A stretch of 64,000 bases of DNA from an uncultured Pseudomonadota bacterium (GCA_963847705.1 CAWKBC010000021.1:160001-224000); one strand, 5' to 3'; positions 1 to 9,596 are shown, counted from the stretch's first letter. The notes: generated by a model not told the origin, from the letters alone. Numbers and translations are program-made.

Positions 1-1391
1 TCTTCGGGCAGCATCCCGAAGGTCCCGTCGCCGAGCACGATCAGCTTGTCGCCGCGGCGGAGCGCGCGCAGGAGCTCGGGCAAGCTCGCCGAGACGCCGT
101 CGAAGTCGACCTTGGCCTGCAGATCGAACCAGTCGACTCCGCTCGTGACCGACAGGTCGAAGCGCCCCGCCTGCCGATACAGCTTCCCCTCCGCCTCCAC
201 CCGCCATCCCTCTGCCACCAGGAGCCCCACGGCAGCCGGCAGCTTCGCCTGCGTGATGTCGTATCGGCCGGCGTCGGACGAGGCGCCGACCGGTTCGGGG
301 GCGCGCTGGAATCCTGCTTCCAGCAGCTTGGCCGCGGCTGCCGTCTCGGCGGCGCGATCTCGCCGGAACAGGCGACGCTCGTCGATCCGGGCGATCGCCT
401 CGCGCGGATCGGCGGCGGCGACCGGGACGGCGCCATAGCGAAACGAGAGCTCGGCGACCGGGCGCTCCGACGCGCCAGCCGCCCAGCTTCGCGGGTCGGG
501 CGCTCCGATCTTGAGGTGCGGTTGGGGAGCGCCGGCGATCTCCTGCAGCGCGAGCGCTTCCGGCAGGTCCAGCTTCGGCAGCGCCGACAACCCGTAGAGG
601 CTCTCCAGGAAGGGGCCCTCTTCGGAAGCGGGCAGGGTCACCGCCGGCTGGCCCCGGAGCGAGCCGAGGATCCCGAAGGCGCCGAAGTGACGAACCCGTC
701 CCACGCTCTGCGCGAACACCAGCCATCCCGAGGCGGTCACGACCAACGGTGCCGACAGGTCCGCGCTCTCCGAGCCCCGCCGAAGCAGACCGGAGATCTC
801 GCTCCCCGCGCCGTCCGGTTTCCGACGGAGAGCGAGCACGAAATCCCAGGGCGGTTCGCCGTCATAGACGGCGGGCACGAGCGTCATCCCGGCGCCCGCG
901 CGCACGAACAGTCGCCCGGTGCTCGACAGCAGCGGCATCAGCTCGCCGGCCAGCGCGGTCGGGATGGGCGCTTCGGACGGGAAGCGGCGTTCGCCGTATC
1001 CGAAGGCGGCGTAGTCATGAGCGTTGGTGGTTCGGCTCCCCATCGCCGCCGCTGCTTGCAGGAGGGGCAGCGCCCGCCTGTCGCGCTCGTCGGGGAGATG
1101 TTCGAGGGCGTCCATCGCCACCGAGGCGGCTCTGTCCTTGCTCACGCCGCCGGTCTTTTTCGGCGCGCGCGTTCGCAGGGCAATGGTCAGCTCGCCGGTC
1201 TTCCGCGTCTTGTCGACCTCGACGACGTAGATGAGGTCGCCGGAGAGGGCCGGGACCATCCGGACCTGCTGCGAGGCCCGCGCCCTGGTCTCCTCGCCGA
1301 CCAGCAGGGTCCGCCAGTCGAGCTCCGGCGACGCCGCAGGCGACGGAGTCTGCGCCGTCTCCTGGTCCGATTCGCCGTCGCCGTCGGTCAC
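1..1391 (-). CDS. SNF2-family helicase, N-terminal part (runs off window edge)
   Basis: Manual translation from GTG at 1391 (MTDGDGESDQ...); the same frame at base 1 reads FDLSVTSGVDWFDLQAKVDFDGVSASLPELLRALRRGDKLIVLGDGTFGMLPE, the segment that typically precedes the ATPase core in bacterial SNF2 proteins. Not in the ORF track because it is truncated. Confidence 0.75.
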   Translation of the reverse strand, partial: MTDGDGESDQETAQTPSPAASPELDWRTLLVGEETRARASQQVRMVPALSGDLIYVVEVDKTRKTGELTIALRTRAPKKTGGVSKDRAASVAMDALEHLPDERDRRALPLLQAAAAMGSRTTNAHDYAAFGYGERRFPSEAPIPTALAGELMPLLSSTGRLFVRAGAGMTLVPAVYDGEPPWDFVLALRRKPDGAGSEISGLLRRGSESADLSAPLVVTASGWLVFAQSVGRVRHFGAFGILGSLRGQPAVTLPASEEGPFLESLYGLSALPKLDLPEALALQEIAGAPQPHLKIGAPDPRSWAAGASERPVAELSFRYGAVPVAAADPREAIARIDERRLFRRDRAAETAAAAKLLEAGFQRAPEPVGASSDAGRYDITQAKLPAAVGLLVAEGWRVEAEGKLYRQAGRFDLSVTSGVDWFDLQAKVDFDGVSASLPELLRALRRGDKLIVLGDGTFGMLPE

Positions 1392-1462
1392 GACCCCGTG
1401 CCTACCACGACCGGTCGTCGCGCGCGTCGCCCGCGAGGTCGAGACGTCATAGTCTGGGTGGC

Positions 1463-2107
1463 GTGACACGGACGGTTCACCAGGGCGACGCGCTGCCGTG
1501 GCTGCGCGACGCGGGCAGGCTGGCCGGTGCCAGCGTCGTGACCTCGTTGCCGGACTCCTCCGAGCTGCCGGCGCTGGGACTCGACGGCTGGCGCCGCTGG
1601 TTCGACGAGGCGGCGGTGCTGACCATGCAGAGTGTGCCCGACGAGGGCGTGGCCATCTTTTTCCAGAGCGACGTGCGCCGCGCCGGTCGGTGGGTCGACA
1701 AAGGGACGATGGTGTCGCGCGCCGCGGAGCGGGCCGGGATGGCGACGCTCTTCCACAAGATCGTCTGCCGCAAACCGCCCGGGACGCTGACGCATGGGCG
1801 GGCCAGCTACTCGCACCTGCTCGGCTTCGCGCGCGTGCTCCGGCCGACGCTCCGCCACGCCACGCCAGACCTGCTGCCCGACGGCGGCTTTCAGCCGGGC
1901 GTCAAGGCCATGGGGGTGCTCGCCTGCGTCGACGCCTGCCGCTTCGTGCTCAACGAGACCACCACCCGCACGATCGTCGATCCGTTCTGCGGGTGGGGGA
2001 CCGTCCTCGCGGTGGCCAACGCGCTCGGGCTGGACGCCGTCGGCGTCGATCTGTCGGCGCGCATGTGCAAGCGCGCCCGGCGGCTCACCGTCGCGCTCGA
2101 CCACTGA
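1463..2107 (+). CDS. SAM-dependent methyltransferase-like protein (N4/N6 MTase-like fold)
   Basis: C-terminal IVDPFCGWGT...GVDLS SAM-binding motif; N-terminal HQGDAL and VVTSLPD. Confidence 0.7.
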   Translation: MTRTVHQGDALPWLRDAGRLAGASVVTSLPDSSELPALGLDGWRRWFDEAAVLTMQSVPDEGVAIFFQSDVRRAGRWVDKGTMVSRAAERAGMATLFHKIVCRKPPGTLTHGRASYSHLLGFARVLRPTLRHATPDLLPDGGFQPGVKAMGVLACVDACRFVLNETTTRTIVDPFCGWGTVLAVANALGLDAVGVDLSARMCKRARRLTVALDH

Positions 2108-2135
2108 GCCCGCCTTCCCGCAGGCGGCCGGCAGG

Positions 2136-2261
2136 TCACTTCTTCTTGGTGGCCACCTGCTTGGCGGTCACCGCCGCCTGCTTCTTGCGACTGTTTTCGT
2201 CGGTCTTGGTCTGCTTTTGATCGGCTTGCTTGCGCATCGACTTCGGAGATTTGTCACCCAT
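2136..2261 (-). CDS. small Lys-rich hypothetical protein (41 aa)
   Basis: Manual translation MGDKSPKSMRKQADQKQTKTDENSRKKQAAVTAKQVATKKK*, GC3-biased codons, below the ORF-track length cutoff. Confidence 0.6.
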   Translation of the reverse strand: MGDKSPKSMRKQADQKQTKTDENSRKKQAAVTAKQVATKKK

Positions 2262-2374
2262 GGTGCCCCCATCATGCGCACGGATACCGGATAAAGACAG
2301 AGGCTCGCCCGCCACCTCATGATCGGCGTCCCGGTCGACCAGGGTCAGCCAGGGGTGGCCAAAGGCCGCAAAGC

Positions 2375-2638
2375 TCAGTGAGGCAGGAGCCCGAGCAGCG
2401 CCAGCAACCCCCCGATGACCGTCGCCGCGCCAAGGGAAAACGCGATCAGCAATCGCCAGCGGCGTTGACGAGCGCGCCGCCTGTCCAGCGCTCGCATCAG
2501 CTTTTGAAAGCTCGCTTTCGAGTCGAGACCAATCGCCGGAAACTCCATTCCGTCGAGGATGCGACTGATCTTGGGACGATCGACGAGGTCCAGGTCGTCC
2601 GGTCCAAGCTCGCCTCTACCTTCCGAGTCCCCGTCCAT
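2375..2638 (-). CDS. hypothetical protein with C-terminal transmembrane helix
   Basis: 87 aa, basic stretch then LLIAFSLGAATVIGGLLALLGLL. Confidence 0.55.
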   Translation of the reverse strand: MDGDSEGRGELGPDDLDLVDRPKISRILDGMEFPAIGLDSKASFQKLMRALDRRRARQRRWRLLIAFSLGAATVIGGLLALLGLLPH

Positions 2639-3337
2639 TCGACCTTGCCTACGCTCGTGGTTCGCGCTCGTTGCTCTGCAGGGTCATCGAGACGGCGGGC
2701 GAGGCTCGACGATGCATCGTCCTGCATCGGCCCCGAGCCCCCGGGACCCGGTTCGGGAGCTTCCGCCTGAGCTCGGCTCTCCGCCGGTGCCCGCGCCGCT
2801 GTTGCCGCCTTCGGACGGGTTCAAGCCAAGGACGGCTGCGCGCAGGCCGGCGCGAACACGAGAAAGCCGACGTTTCATTTGGCGATCCTCCGTCGTTGCC
2901 GATCGAGCATTACTAATGATGCCGGCCCCCATTGATACGGCGCCGCCCGTGCCACCGACCCCGCCGCCCGGCGGCGCCGGCGCCAGCAAACGCCCCCGCG
3001 CTGGCCGGCACCGACGACGCCCCACTACCCCCCCGGCTTCCGGCGTAACGCCGAAGCCGCAACTTCTGTCGGCCGCGTTGCCGCCACCGAAATCTTTTTT
3101 TTTGCGCCGCCGATCGCAGCTCCATCGCCGCCGCTCTCCCCGCTTTCTTCGCCCCCGCTTCCTGAGCGTGCTCTGGAGCAGAATTCTGTGGATGGGGGAG
3201 GCGCAATTTCCTGTCCGTCCGTCGGCGAGCACCGCCGGTGGGACCGGCGCTGATGGTAAATGGGCGGACAACCTGAAAACCTTCGCCTGTGTGAGCCGAA
3301 AATCGAACTAATGTGAATTTTACAGCAATAACAAGTA

Positions 3338-3367
3338 TTTACAAAATGACGCATGGGCCAATAAAAT
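3338..3367 (+). promoter_or_regulatory. sigma70-like promoter candidate
   Basis: TTTACA-N18-TAAAAT in an AT-rich patch; no convincing ORF downstream. Confidence 0.4.
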
Positions 3368-3374
3368 GTAGCTC

Positions 3375-3750
3375 GCCGGAATTCGGTCCGGCAGATGCCA
3401 GTCCGCCCCGCCTCTCGCGCGGGTCACCGATCGACCTGGCAGGTCTGCCTCTCCCCGAATATTTGTCGTCAGCCGGCCGCTGTTGTCATCAAGGTGACGG
3501 CCCCGTCGCTCCATCCGAGCTTCCGACGCAACACCCCGAACGAGCGCCCACCACGAAGGCCGGCGCAACGAGCCACTCCGCCCCGGCTCATCGCAGATCC
3601 ATTCAATTGTTGACCAATCACGCTTCCGTCCTCGGGTTCGGCTTTGGCCGCGCGTGAGGCGGCCTTGCACATCACTACATTCCCAATGACAGGTGTGCTG
3701 ATCGAACCGAATCCGCGCGAGAGGGGCTGTGACGGACATTTCGCTGGCTG
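3375..3750 (+). ncRNA. candidate long structured (rod-like) non-coding RNA
   Basis: Nested complementary blocks 3401-3405/3733-3737, 3411-3422/3713-3724 (12 bp perfect), 3428-3432/3700-3704, 3434-3438/3690-3694, 3475-3480/3659-3664, 3515-3526/3632-3641; G-U pairs favour the + strand. Confidence 0.45.
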
Positions 3751-3934
3751 ACGCTACGCCGTTAAAGCGGCTGATATTGTTCATAAAATAAGAGGAATTC
3801 GACCAAGAGGAATTCGACTTCGGCTCATGGTGGTGAAGATTGTTGGGCTGCCGGCCATTTGCCTCCGGCGCTGGACGGCACCCGCATCACGGCCGCCGAG
3901 GCGGCGCCATTGCAAGCCTCGGGCGCTCAGTCGG

Positions 3935-4318
3935 TCAGGCGCTCGCCGGCGTGGCCTGCAGGCGGCGCCAGAAGAAGTACGAGAGCCCCCAGAGCACGCC
4001 GGTGCCCGCCGCCCAGCCCCACGCCTTCGGGCCGTCGCCCACCGAGAGGTGGGCGATGAGCGCCGAGCCGAGAGTGATGGCGAAGCCGGCATAGGCCCAC
4101 TCCTTGAGCCGCGCCGGCACCGGCGCGAGCAGCAGCACCACGCCGAGGAGCTTGGCCCACGACAGCTCCACCCGGAAGTAGGCGGGGAAGCCGAGGTGGG
4201 TGAACATCGCCGCCACCTGCGGCAGGCGCAGCTGCGCGTAGGCGGTGAAGCCCATCTGCAGGCAGAAGAGCGCGGTGACGATCCAGAAGCCGATGACCGT
4301 TCGTTTGGAGCGGGGCAT
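3935..4318 (-). CDS. DoxX family membrane protein
   Basis: HLGFPAYF...AKLLG...LKEWAYAGF motif, four hydrophobic segments. Confidence 0.9.
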   Translation of the reverse strand: MPRSKRTVIGFWIVTALFCLQMGFTAYAQLRLPQVAAMFTHLGFPAYFRVELSWAKLLGVVLLLAPVPARLKEWAYAGFAITLGSALIAHLSVGDGPKAWGWAAGTGVLWGLSYFFWRRLQATPASA

Positions 4319-4328
4319 GCTCAGCCTC

Positions 4329-4890
4329 TCACGCGCCGCCCGAGGGCCAGCTCGGGGGCTCGACGCCGAATTGCTTGGCGTACTCGGCGTTCAATCGCTG
4401 CCAGCCGCTGAGCTTCATGGCCTCGGGGCCGACCATGCGTCCGATGGGCTGACCGGCCAGCAGCCGGTCCAGCACGTCGAAGCAGATGTGCCAGCCCGCA
4501 GCGCCCATCGAGATGAAACGACGGTCGATGTTGTGCCAGAGCGTGAGCCGGGTGCCGCCGCCCAGCGGCTCCAGCTCCCAGCGGATGCTCCTGTCCCCCC
4601 CAGTTGAATTCGAGCAGCCTGGGCGCGTCGGCGCGCTTCACCTGGGTCTCGGAGACGAGCGGCGTCGGCGCCCCCACGGTCGTGAGCTTCGCCGTGCCGA
4701 CGGCCCCGAGGCTCCGGTCGGAATCGAACGGGGCCCATTCGCGGAGATGCTCGGGTTCGGTGAGCGCCTTCCAGACCTTTGCCGGAGGGTGGGGGAGATC
4801 GCGAACGAGCACCAGCGTCCACGTCTCACCATCTTTTTGAACCTCGGCGCCGGCGGCGGCGCCTGGCGTGTATTCCTCGCGGCTGCTCAT
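4329..4890 (-). pseudogene. SRPBCC/AHSA1 domain protein, frameshifted in a homopolymer (possibly sequencing error)
   Basis: MSSREEY...VWKALTEPEHLREWAP continues as IRWELEP...AAGWHICFDVL after removing one base from the C7 run at 4595-4601. Confidence 0.8.
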
Positions 4891-5243
4891 TGTCGCGTCC
4901 TTCCTTTCTTCGTCGGGGAGACCCTGGCCGGCGCCTTGTCCATCGCGTTCAGGTGTCGTTCCAGGGCATCGACGTGCTTCGTCCAGAAGCGCCGGAAGGG
5001 GACCAGCCAGGCGTCGAGCTCCATGAGCGGCTCTGGTCGCAGGCGATAGAGGCGCCGCTGCGCCTCGATTCGCGACTCCACGAACCCCGCCTCGCGCAGC
5101 ACGCGCAGGTGCTTGGAGACGGACGGCTGCGACAGTCGAAGCTCGCGCTCGATCTCGCCCACCGAGCGCTCGGACGAGAGCAGCAGGCCCAAGATGGCCC
5201 GCCTGTTGGGCTCCGCGACGACGGCGAACGACGATGATTCCAC
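4887..5243 (-). CDS. ArsR/SmtB family transcriptional regulator
   Basis: AEPNRRAIL...SQPSVSKHLRVLREAGFV wHTH; overlaps SRPBCC start. Confidence 0.92.
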   Translation of the reverse strand: MESSSFAVVAEPNRRAILGLLLSSERSVGEIERELRLSQPSVSKHLRVLREAGFVESRIEAQRRLYRLRPEPLMELDAWLVPFRRFWTKHVDALERHLNAMDKAPARVSPTKKGRTRQ

Positions 5244-5328
5244 GGCAGGTATATAGCCGCAGGTTCATATTCCCGTCAAGTCATACACGAGAGGGAGGGG
5301 CGGCCTTTGGGTCCGACTCGCGGGAGCC

Positions 5329-5847
5329 CTATTTGCGCTTGACCGAGTTCGCGCTGGCCGACTTCGCCTGGGCCGACTTCGCGCTGGCCGGCTTCGCGCT
5401 GGCCGGCTTCGCGCTGGCCGGCTTCGACCTGGCCGGCTTTGCCTTGCGGGTGCTGTTGAGCGCGACCGCCTCGCGAACGAGCGCCTTGAAGGCGGCCGCA
5501 TCGACCTCTTCCCCTTCGGCGATGTCGATCGCGCGCCGCAGGTTTCCCCCGAGGCTCGAGTTGAAGAGACGGGCCGGATCCTTCAGAAACGCGCCCTTGG
5601 CGAAGGTGAGCTTCACCACCTGCTTGTAGGACTCACCGGTCGTGATGATGCCGTCGTGCGACCAGATCGGCGTGCCCATCCACTTCCACTCCTCGACGAC
5701 CTCCGGGTCTGCCTCTTTGATGAGCTTGCGCATCCTGCCCAGGGTCTTGCCGCGCCAGTCGCCGAGCTCGGCGATTCTCTTCGAGATCAGCTCCGACGCC
5801 GACTGGCCTCGATCCGCGCTCGCGCCCGACCTGTTCATGCGCTTCAT
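5329..5847 (-). CDS. DUF1801 (YdhG-like) protein with KPASA-repeat tail
   Basis: LGDWRGKTL...EEWKWMGTPIWSHDGI...DPARLFNSSL...RRAID. Confidence 0.88.
   Translation of the reverse strand: MKRMNRSGASADRGQSASELISKRIAELGDWRGKTLGRMRKLIKEADPEVVEEWKWMGTPIWSHDGIITTGESYKQVVKLTFAKGAFLKDPARLFNSSLGGNLRRAIDIAEGEEVDAAAFKALVREAVALNSTRKAKPARSKPASAKPASAKPASAKSAQAKSASANSVKRK
5345..5440. repeat. 15-bp coding tandem repeat (CTTCGCGCTGGCCGG-like, about 6 copies)
   Basis: Encodes KPARS/KPASA/KSAQA repeats. Confidence 0.8.
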
Positions 5848-6239
5848 CCTAGGAGCTCAGGACCGGGAAGAACAAGCGCGGTCTCTGGCCGGCCGCCCGG
5901 GTGGCAAGGGCTCAGCTCTGTTCATGGTTGGCTCCCGTCAGTCCCACCCAAATTGCCGGAAGGCGTGACCGCGGCCCCATCCTCTCTCTGGGTGCCGCGG
6001 GCCCATCTCCTCGGTTGGGGAGCCGGAGCGCCTTCGATCCACTGGCCCGCTGCCCGGGGTGTCAATCTCGAGGGCGGGCCAGCTCCACCCCATCCGTCCG
6101 GTGACAATCTCGTCCGCAATCTCGCTGACGCTTTCCAGGTCAAACTTCCGGGCAACCAGGAATACGCCAGGCTGGCCAGAGGTATAGAGAAGGACGTCGC
6201 GCGGGATCCCTGGTCGCGCTTCGTCCTCCGGCATTCCAC

Positions 6240-8516
6240 ATGAAGCAAACAAAAAAACTGTTCTCCTCGTTGGCGGCGCTCGCGCTCGCTGTGGCTTTTT
6301 CATCGATCGGCTTCGGGGGGCAGCTCGCCCGACCCACCGCCGACGCGCGCACGACCGACGCCAACATCACGCGCCTCACGACAGGAATGCTCGAGCAATC
6401 TCAGCTCGCCCATCACCCCTTCGACGGCCAGCTGGCCGGGACGGTGCTGGACCGCTACCTGGACGCGCTCGACGGCGGTCGCTCTCTGTTTCTCGCGGCC
6501 GACCTGGCCGAGTTCGCGGGCTACCGGGCCACGCTGGCGCAGGCGACGCGCGGCGCCGGTGACACCAGCGCGGCGAAGGCCATCTTTGCGCGCTACCTGC
6601 AGCGGTTGACGGAGCAGACGGCGTACGACACCTACGTGCTGCGGACCGCAAAGTTCGACTTCAACGGCCACGACAGCTACTCGTTCGATCGCGAGCACGC
6701 GACCCGGCCGGCCACGGTGGCGGAGGCCCGCGCGCTCTGGTGGCAGCAGCTCCGGGCCGAGTATCTGCAGGAGAAGCTGAACGACAAGAACCCGGACCAG
6801 ATCGTGAGCACCCTGACCCGCAGGCACGAGCAGGCCCTGCACACCATGACGGGGTTCAGCAGCGACGAGGTGCTCGAGGTCTATCTGGACACGCTGGCGC
6901 ACGTCTACGATCCGCACTCCGACTACCTCGGGCACGAACAGATGGAGAGCCTCTCCATCGCCATGAATCTCTCGCTGTTCGGAATCGGCGCCGCGCTGGG
7001 GAGCGAGGACGGGACCTGCACGGTCCGCGAGCTCCTGCCGGGAGGGCCTGCCGCGCGCAGCGGCCTCTTGAAGCCCGGTGACCGCATCGTCGCGGTGGCG
7101 CAGGCGGGGCAGCAGCCGGTCGACATCGTCAACATGCCGCTGACCCGCATCGTTCAGCTGATTCGTGGCCCCAAGGGCTCGACCGTCTCCTTGACGATCG
7201 TCCCTGCGGGCGGCGCCGCCGCAGCACCGACCCGGACCGCCTCGCTGGTGCGCGACGAGATCACGCTGGAGGACCAGCAGGCCAAGGCGCGGATCGTCGA
7301 CCTGCCGGTCGGCAAGGGCGCGACCACCCGCGCGAGCGCGACCGGCGCCAGCGCCAGCAAGGGCGCGACGCTGCGGCTCGGCGTCATCGAGCTGCCGTCC
7401 TTCTACGCCGACATGGGCGGCGGCCACCTGCGCAGCGCGACCGCAGACGTCTCGCGCCTCCTCACCAAGTTGCAGGAGCAGCACGTGCACGGGGTGGTGC
7501 TCGACCTGCGGCACAACGGCGGCGGTTCGTTGCAGGAGGCGATCAGCCTGACCGGGTTGTTCATTCGCAGAGGGCCGGTGGTGCAGACGCGCGGCGCCGA
7601 CGGAAAGGTCGAGGTCGACGAGGACACCGATCCGGCCGTGCTCTACGACGGGCCGCTGGTTCTGCTGACCAGCCGCTTCAGCGCCTCCGCCTCGGAGATC
7701 CTGGCCGGCGCGCTGCAAGACTACGGCAGGGCGATCGTCGTCGGCGACTCGTCCACCTTCGGCAAGGGGACGGTGCAGAACATCGTGCCGCTCGGGCCCT
7801 ACATGGACCAGGTCGGGCTCGGCCATTCCTACGATCCGGGGGCGCTCAAGATCACGACCAGCAAGTTCTACCGGCCGAGCGGCGCCTCGACCCAGCTGCG
7901 CGGTGTGACGGCGGACGTGGTGTTGCCGTCGACCAGCGACTTCAGCGAGGTGAGCGAGGCCTCTCTCAAGGATCCACTGCCCTGGGACGTGGTCCCGGCC
8001 GCGCCGTTCGAGCGGCTGAACCGCGTCGAGCCCTACGTGGCCGCCCTGCGGGCGAGATCCGACCGCCGGCGCGCGACCGAGAAGCCCTTCGCCGAGCTGG
8101 TGGACGACGTCGCCCGGCTGAAGAAGAGCCTGATCTCGAAGTCCGTTTCGCTGAACGAGGCGCAGCGCCGGCAGGAGATGGCGGAGTCCAAGGTTCGTGA
8201 AGCGGAGCTGGCCAGCGAGGAGCGTGCGCTCCGGGCGACCGGGCGCACGACCTACGAGATCACGCTGAAGAACGCCTCGTTGCCTGGCCTGCCGGCCCCG
8301 CTGGCCGCCGCGAAGGACACGCCGGCCAAGGACGCGCCGGCCAAGGACGGGGACAAGGCCGGGGAGAGCGAGGCCAAGATCCGCTCGGCCACCGACGACA
8401 TCATCCTGAACGAGGGCGTTCAGATCCTGGCCGACTACGTCAACGTCCTGAAGCCGCCGGTCGAGAAGGGCGCGCGCCCCAAGAGCACCGAGGCGGCGAG
8501 CCTGACGACGTACTGA
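6240..8516 (+). CDS. prc: carboxy-terminal processing protease (S41, Prc/Tsp)
   Basis: Signal peptide, DPHSDY, PDZ (GIGA...LLKPGDRI), DLRHNGGGSL, SASASEI, FGKGTVQ. Confidence 0.93.
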   Translation: MKQTKKLFSSLAALALAVAFSSIGFGGQLARPTADARTTDANITRLTTGMLEQSQLAHHPFDGQLAGTVLDRYLDALDGGRSLFLAADLAEFAGYRATLAQATRGAGDTSAAKAIFARYLQRLTEQTAYDTYVLRTAKFDFNGHDSYSFDREHATRPATVAEARALWWQQLRAEYLQEKLNDKNPDQIVSTLTRRHEQALHTMTGFSSDEVLEVYLDTLAHVYDPHSDYLGHEQMESLSIAMNLSLFGIGAALGSEDGTCTVRELLPGGPAARSGLLKPGDRIVAVAQAGQQPVDIVNMPLTRIVQLIRGPKGSTVSLTIVPAGGAAAAPTRTASLVRDEITLEDQQAKARIVDLPVGKGATTRASATGASASKGATLRLGVIELPSFYADMGGGHLRSATADVSRLLTKLQEQHVHGVVLDLRHNGGGSLQEAISLTGLFIRRGPVVQTRGADGKVEVDEDTDPAVLYDGPLVLLTSRFSASASEILAGALQDYGRAIVVGDSSTFGKGTVQNIVPLGPYMDQVGLGHSYDPGALKITTSKFYRPSGASTQLRGVTADVVLPSTSDFSEVSEASLKDPLPWDVVPAAPFERLNRVEPYVAALRARSDRRRATEKPFAELVDDVARLKKSLISKSVSLNEAQRRQEMAESKVREAELASEERALRATGRTTYEITLKNASLPGLPAPLAAAKDTPAKDAPAKDGDKAGESEAKIRSATDDIILNEGVQILADYVNVLKPPVEKGARPKSTEAASLTTY

Positions 8517-8518
8517 TC

Positions 8519-8558
8519 GCCGGCGATCTTCTGAGCGCCGCCGGCGATCTTCTGAGCG
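8519..8558. repeat. short direct repeat GCCGGCGATCTTCTGAGCG x2 between convergent genes
   Basis: Seen directly. Confidence 0.7.
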
Positions 8559-8570
8559 TCGGCCGTCCGC

Positions 8571-9278
8571 TCAGGCGCGGCCGTAGACCGGCACCAGCGC
8601 GCCGGAGGTGAGCACGTTGGCGGGGGAGATCAGCCAGGCGAGCGCCGCCGCGATCTCGCCCGTCTTGGGCCAGCGCGCGTGATCGGCGGCCGGCATCGCC
8701 GCGCGATTCGCCGGCGTGTCGATGATCGAGGGCACCACCGCGTTGACGAGGATGCCGTCCGCGCGCAGCTCGTCGGCCAGCGCCTCGGTGAGCGCCGCGA
8801 CGCCCGCCTTGGCGACGGTGTAGGCGACGGCGCCGCCCGCAGGAACGGCCGCCGCGCGCGAGCTGACGTTGGCGATCCGCCCGCCGCGCCCGCCGGCGCG
8901 CATGTTGCGAGCCGCCTCGCGGCAACAGAGAAACGCCGTGGTCAGGTTCTGCTCGATCTGCGTGTGCAGGTCGACCAACGTGGTGTCGAGGATCGGCGCC
9001 GCTCGAAACCCGCCCGCCAGGTGAACCGACGCCCAGAGCGGCGGCCGCGAAGCATAGAATTCGCGCACCGCCGCCTCGTCGGTGAGGTCGACCCCAGCCA
9101 CGCTGACGATCCGGGCGTCCTTGCGGACCTCCTGCCGAACGGCGTCGCCACCGCCGCGCAGCGGGAGGTGACAGGTCGCCCCCGCCGCCAGCAGCACCTC
9201 CACCACCGCGGGCCCGAGGCCTCCCGCCGCGCCCGTCACCACCACCTGCCGCCCCTCGAGCTCGCTCTGGCTGTTCAT
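8571..9278 (-). CDS. short-chain dehydrogenase/reductase
   Basis: TGAAGGLG, NVSS, YTVAK; start taken at MNSQSE. Confidence 0.9.
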   Translation of the reverse strand: MNSQSELEGRQVVVTGAAGGLGPAVVEVLLAAGATCHLPLRGGGDAVRQEVRKDARIVSVAGVDLTDEAAVREFYASRPPLWASVHLAGGFRAAPILDTTLVDLHTQIEQNLTTAFLCCREAARNMRAGGRGGRIANVSSRAAAVPAGGAVAYTVAKAGVAALTEALADELRADGILVNAVVPSIIDTPANRAAMPAADHARWPKTGEIAAALAWLISPANVLTSGALVPVYGRA

Positions 9279-9362
9279 GGGCGGCAAGGATGTCACGGCG
9301 GCCGAGCGCCCGCTCGCGGAGGTTGCGTCCGGCGCGCGCGGGCCCGCCAGACCCGCGCGCGA

Positions 9363-9596
9363 CCGACGGCCGGCTGGTCGCAACCGACGTCAGCTGGTCG
9401 CGCCGACGTCAGCTGGTCGCGCCGACGGTCAGCTGGTCGCGCCGACGTCAGCTGGTCGCGCCGACGTCAGCTGGTCGCGCCGACGGTCAGCTGGTCGCGC
9501 CGACGTCAGCTGGTCGCGCCGACGGTCAGCTGGTCGCGACCGACGGTCACCCGGTGGCGGCCGACGGTCACTTGTCGCGACCGACCGTCAGCTGGT
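9363..9596. repeat. intergenic minisatellite, about 12 units of 19-21 bp, consensus CCGACG(G)TCAGCTGGTCGCG
   Basis: Head-to-tail units with no spacers; degenerate at both ends. Confidence 0.92.

Noticed and set aside
516-1466. 316-aa plus-strand ORF and many similar long antisense or alternate-frame ORFs
   Set aside because: Shadow ORFs of real genes in high-GC DNA; Arg/Pro/Ala-rich with no motifs
3375-3750. RNase P RNA, tmRNA or SRP RNA
   Set aside because: No GAGGAAAGUCC, tRNA-like ends or SRP loop motif seen on either strand
9363-9596. CRISPR array
   Set aside because: Units are contiguous with no unique spacers; no cas genes
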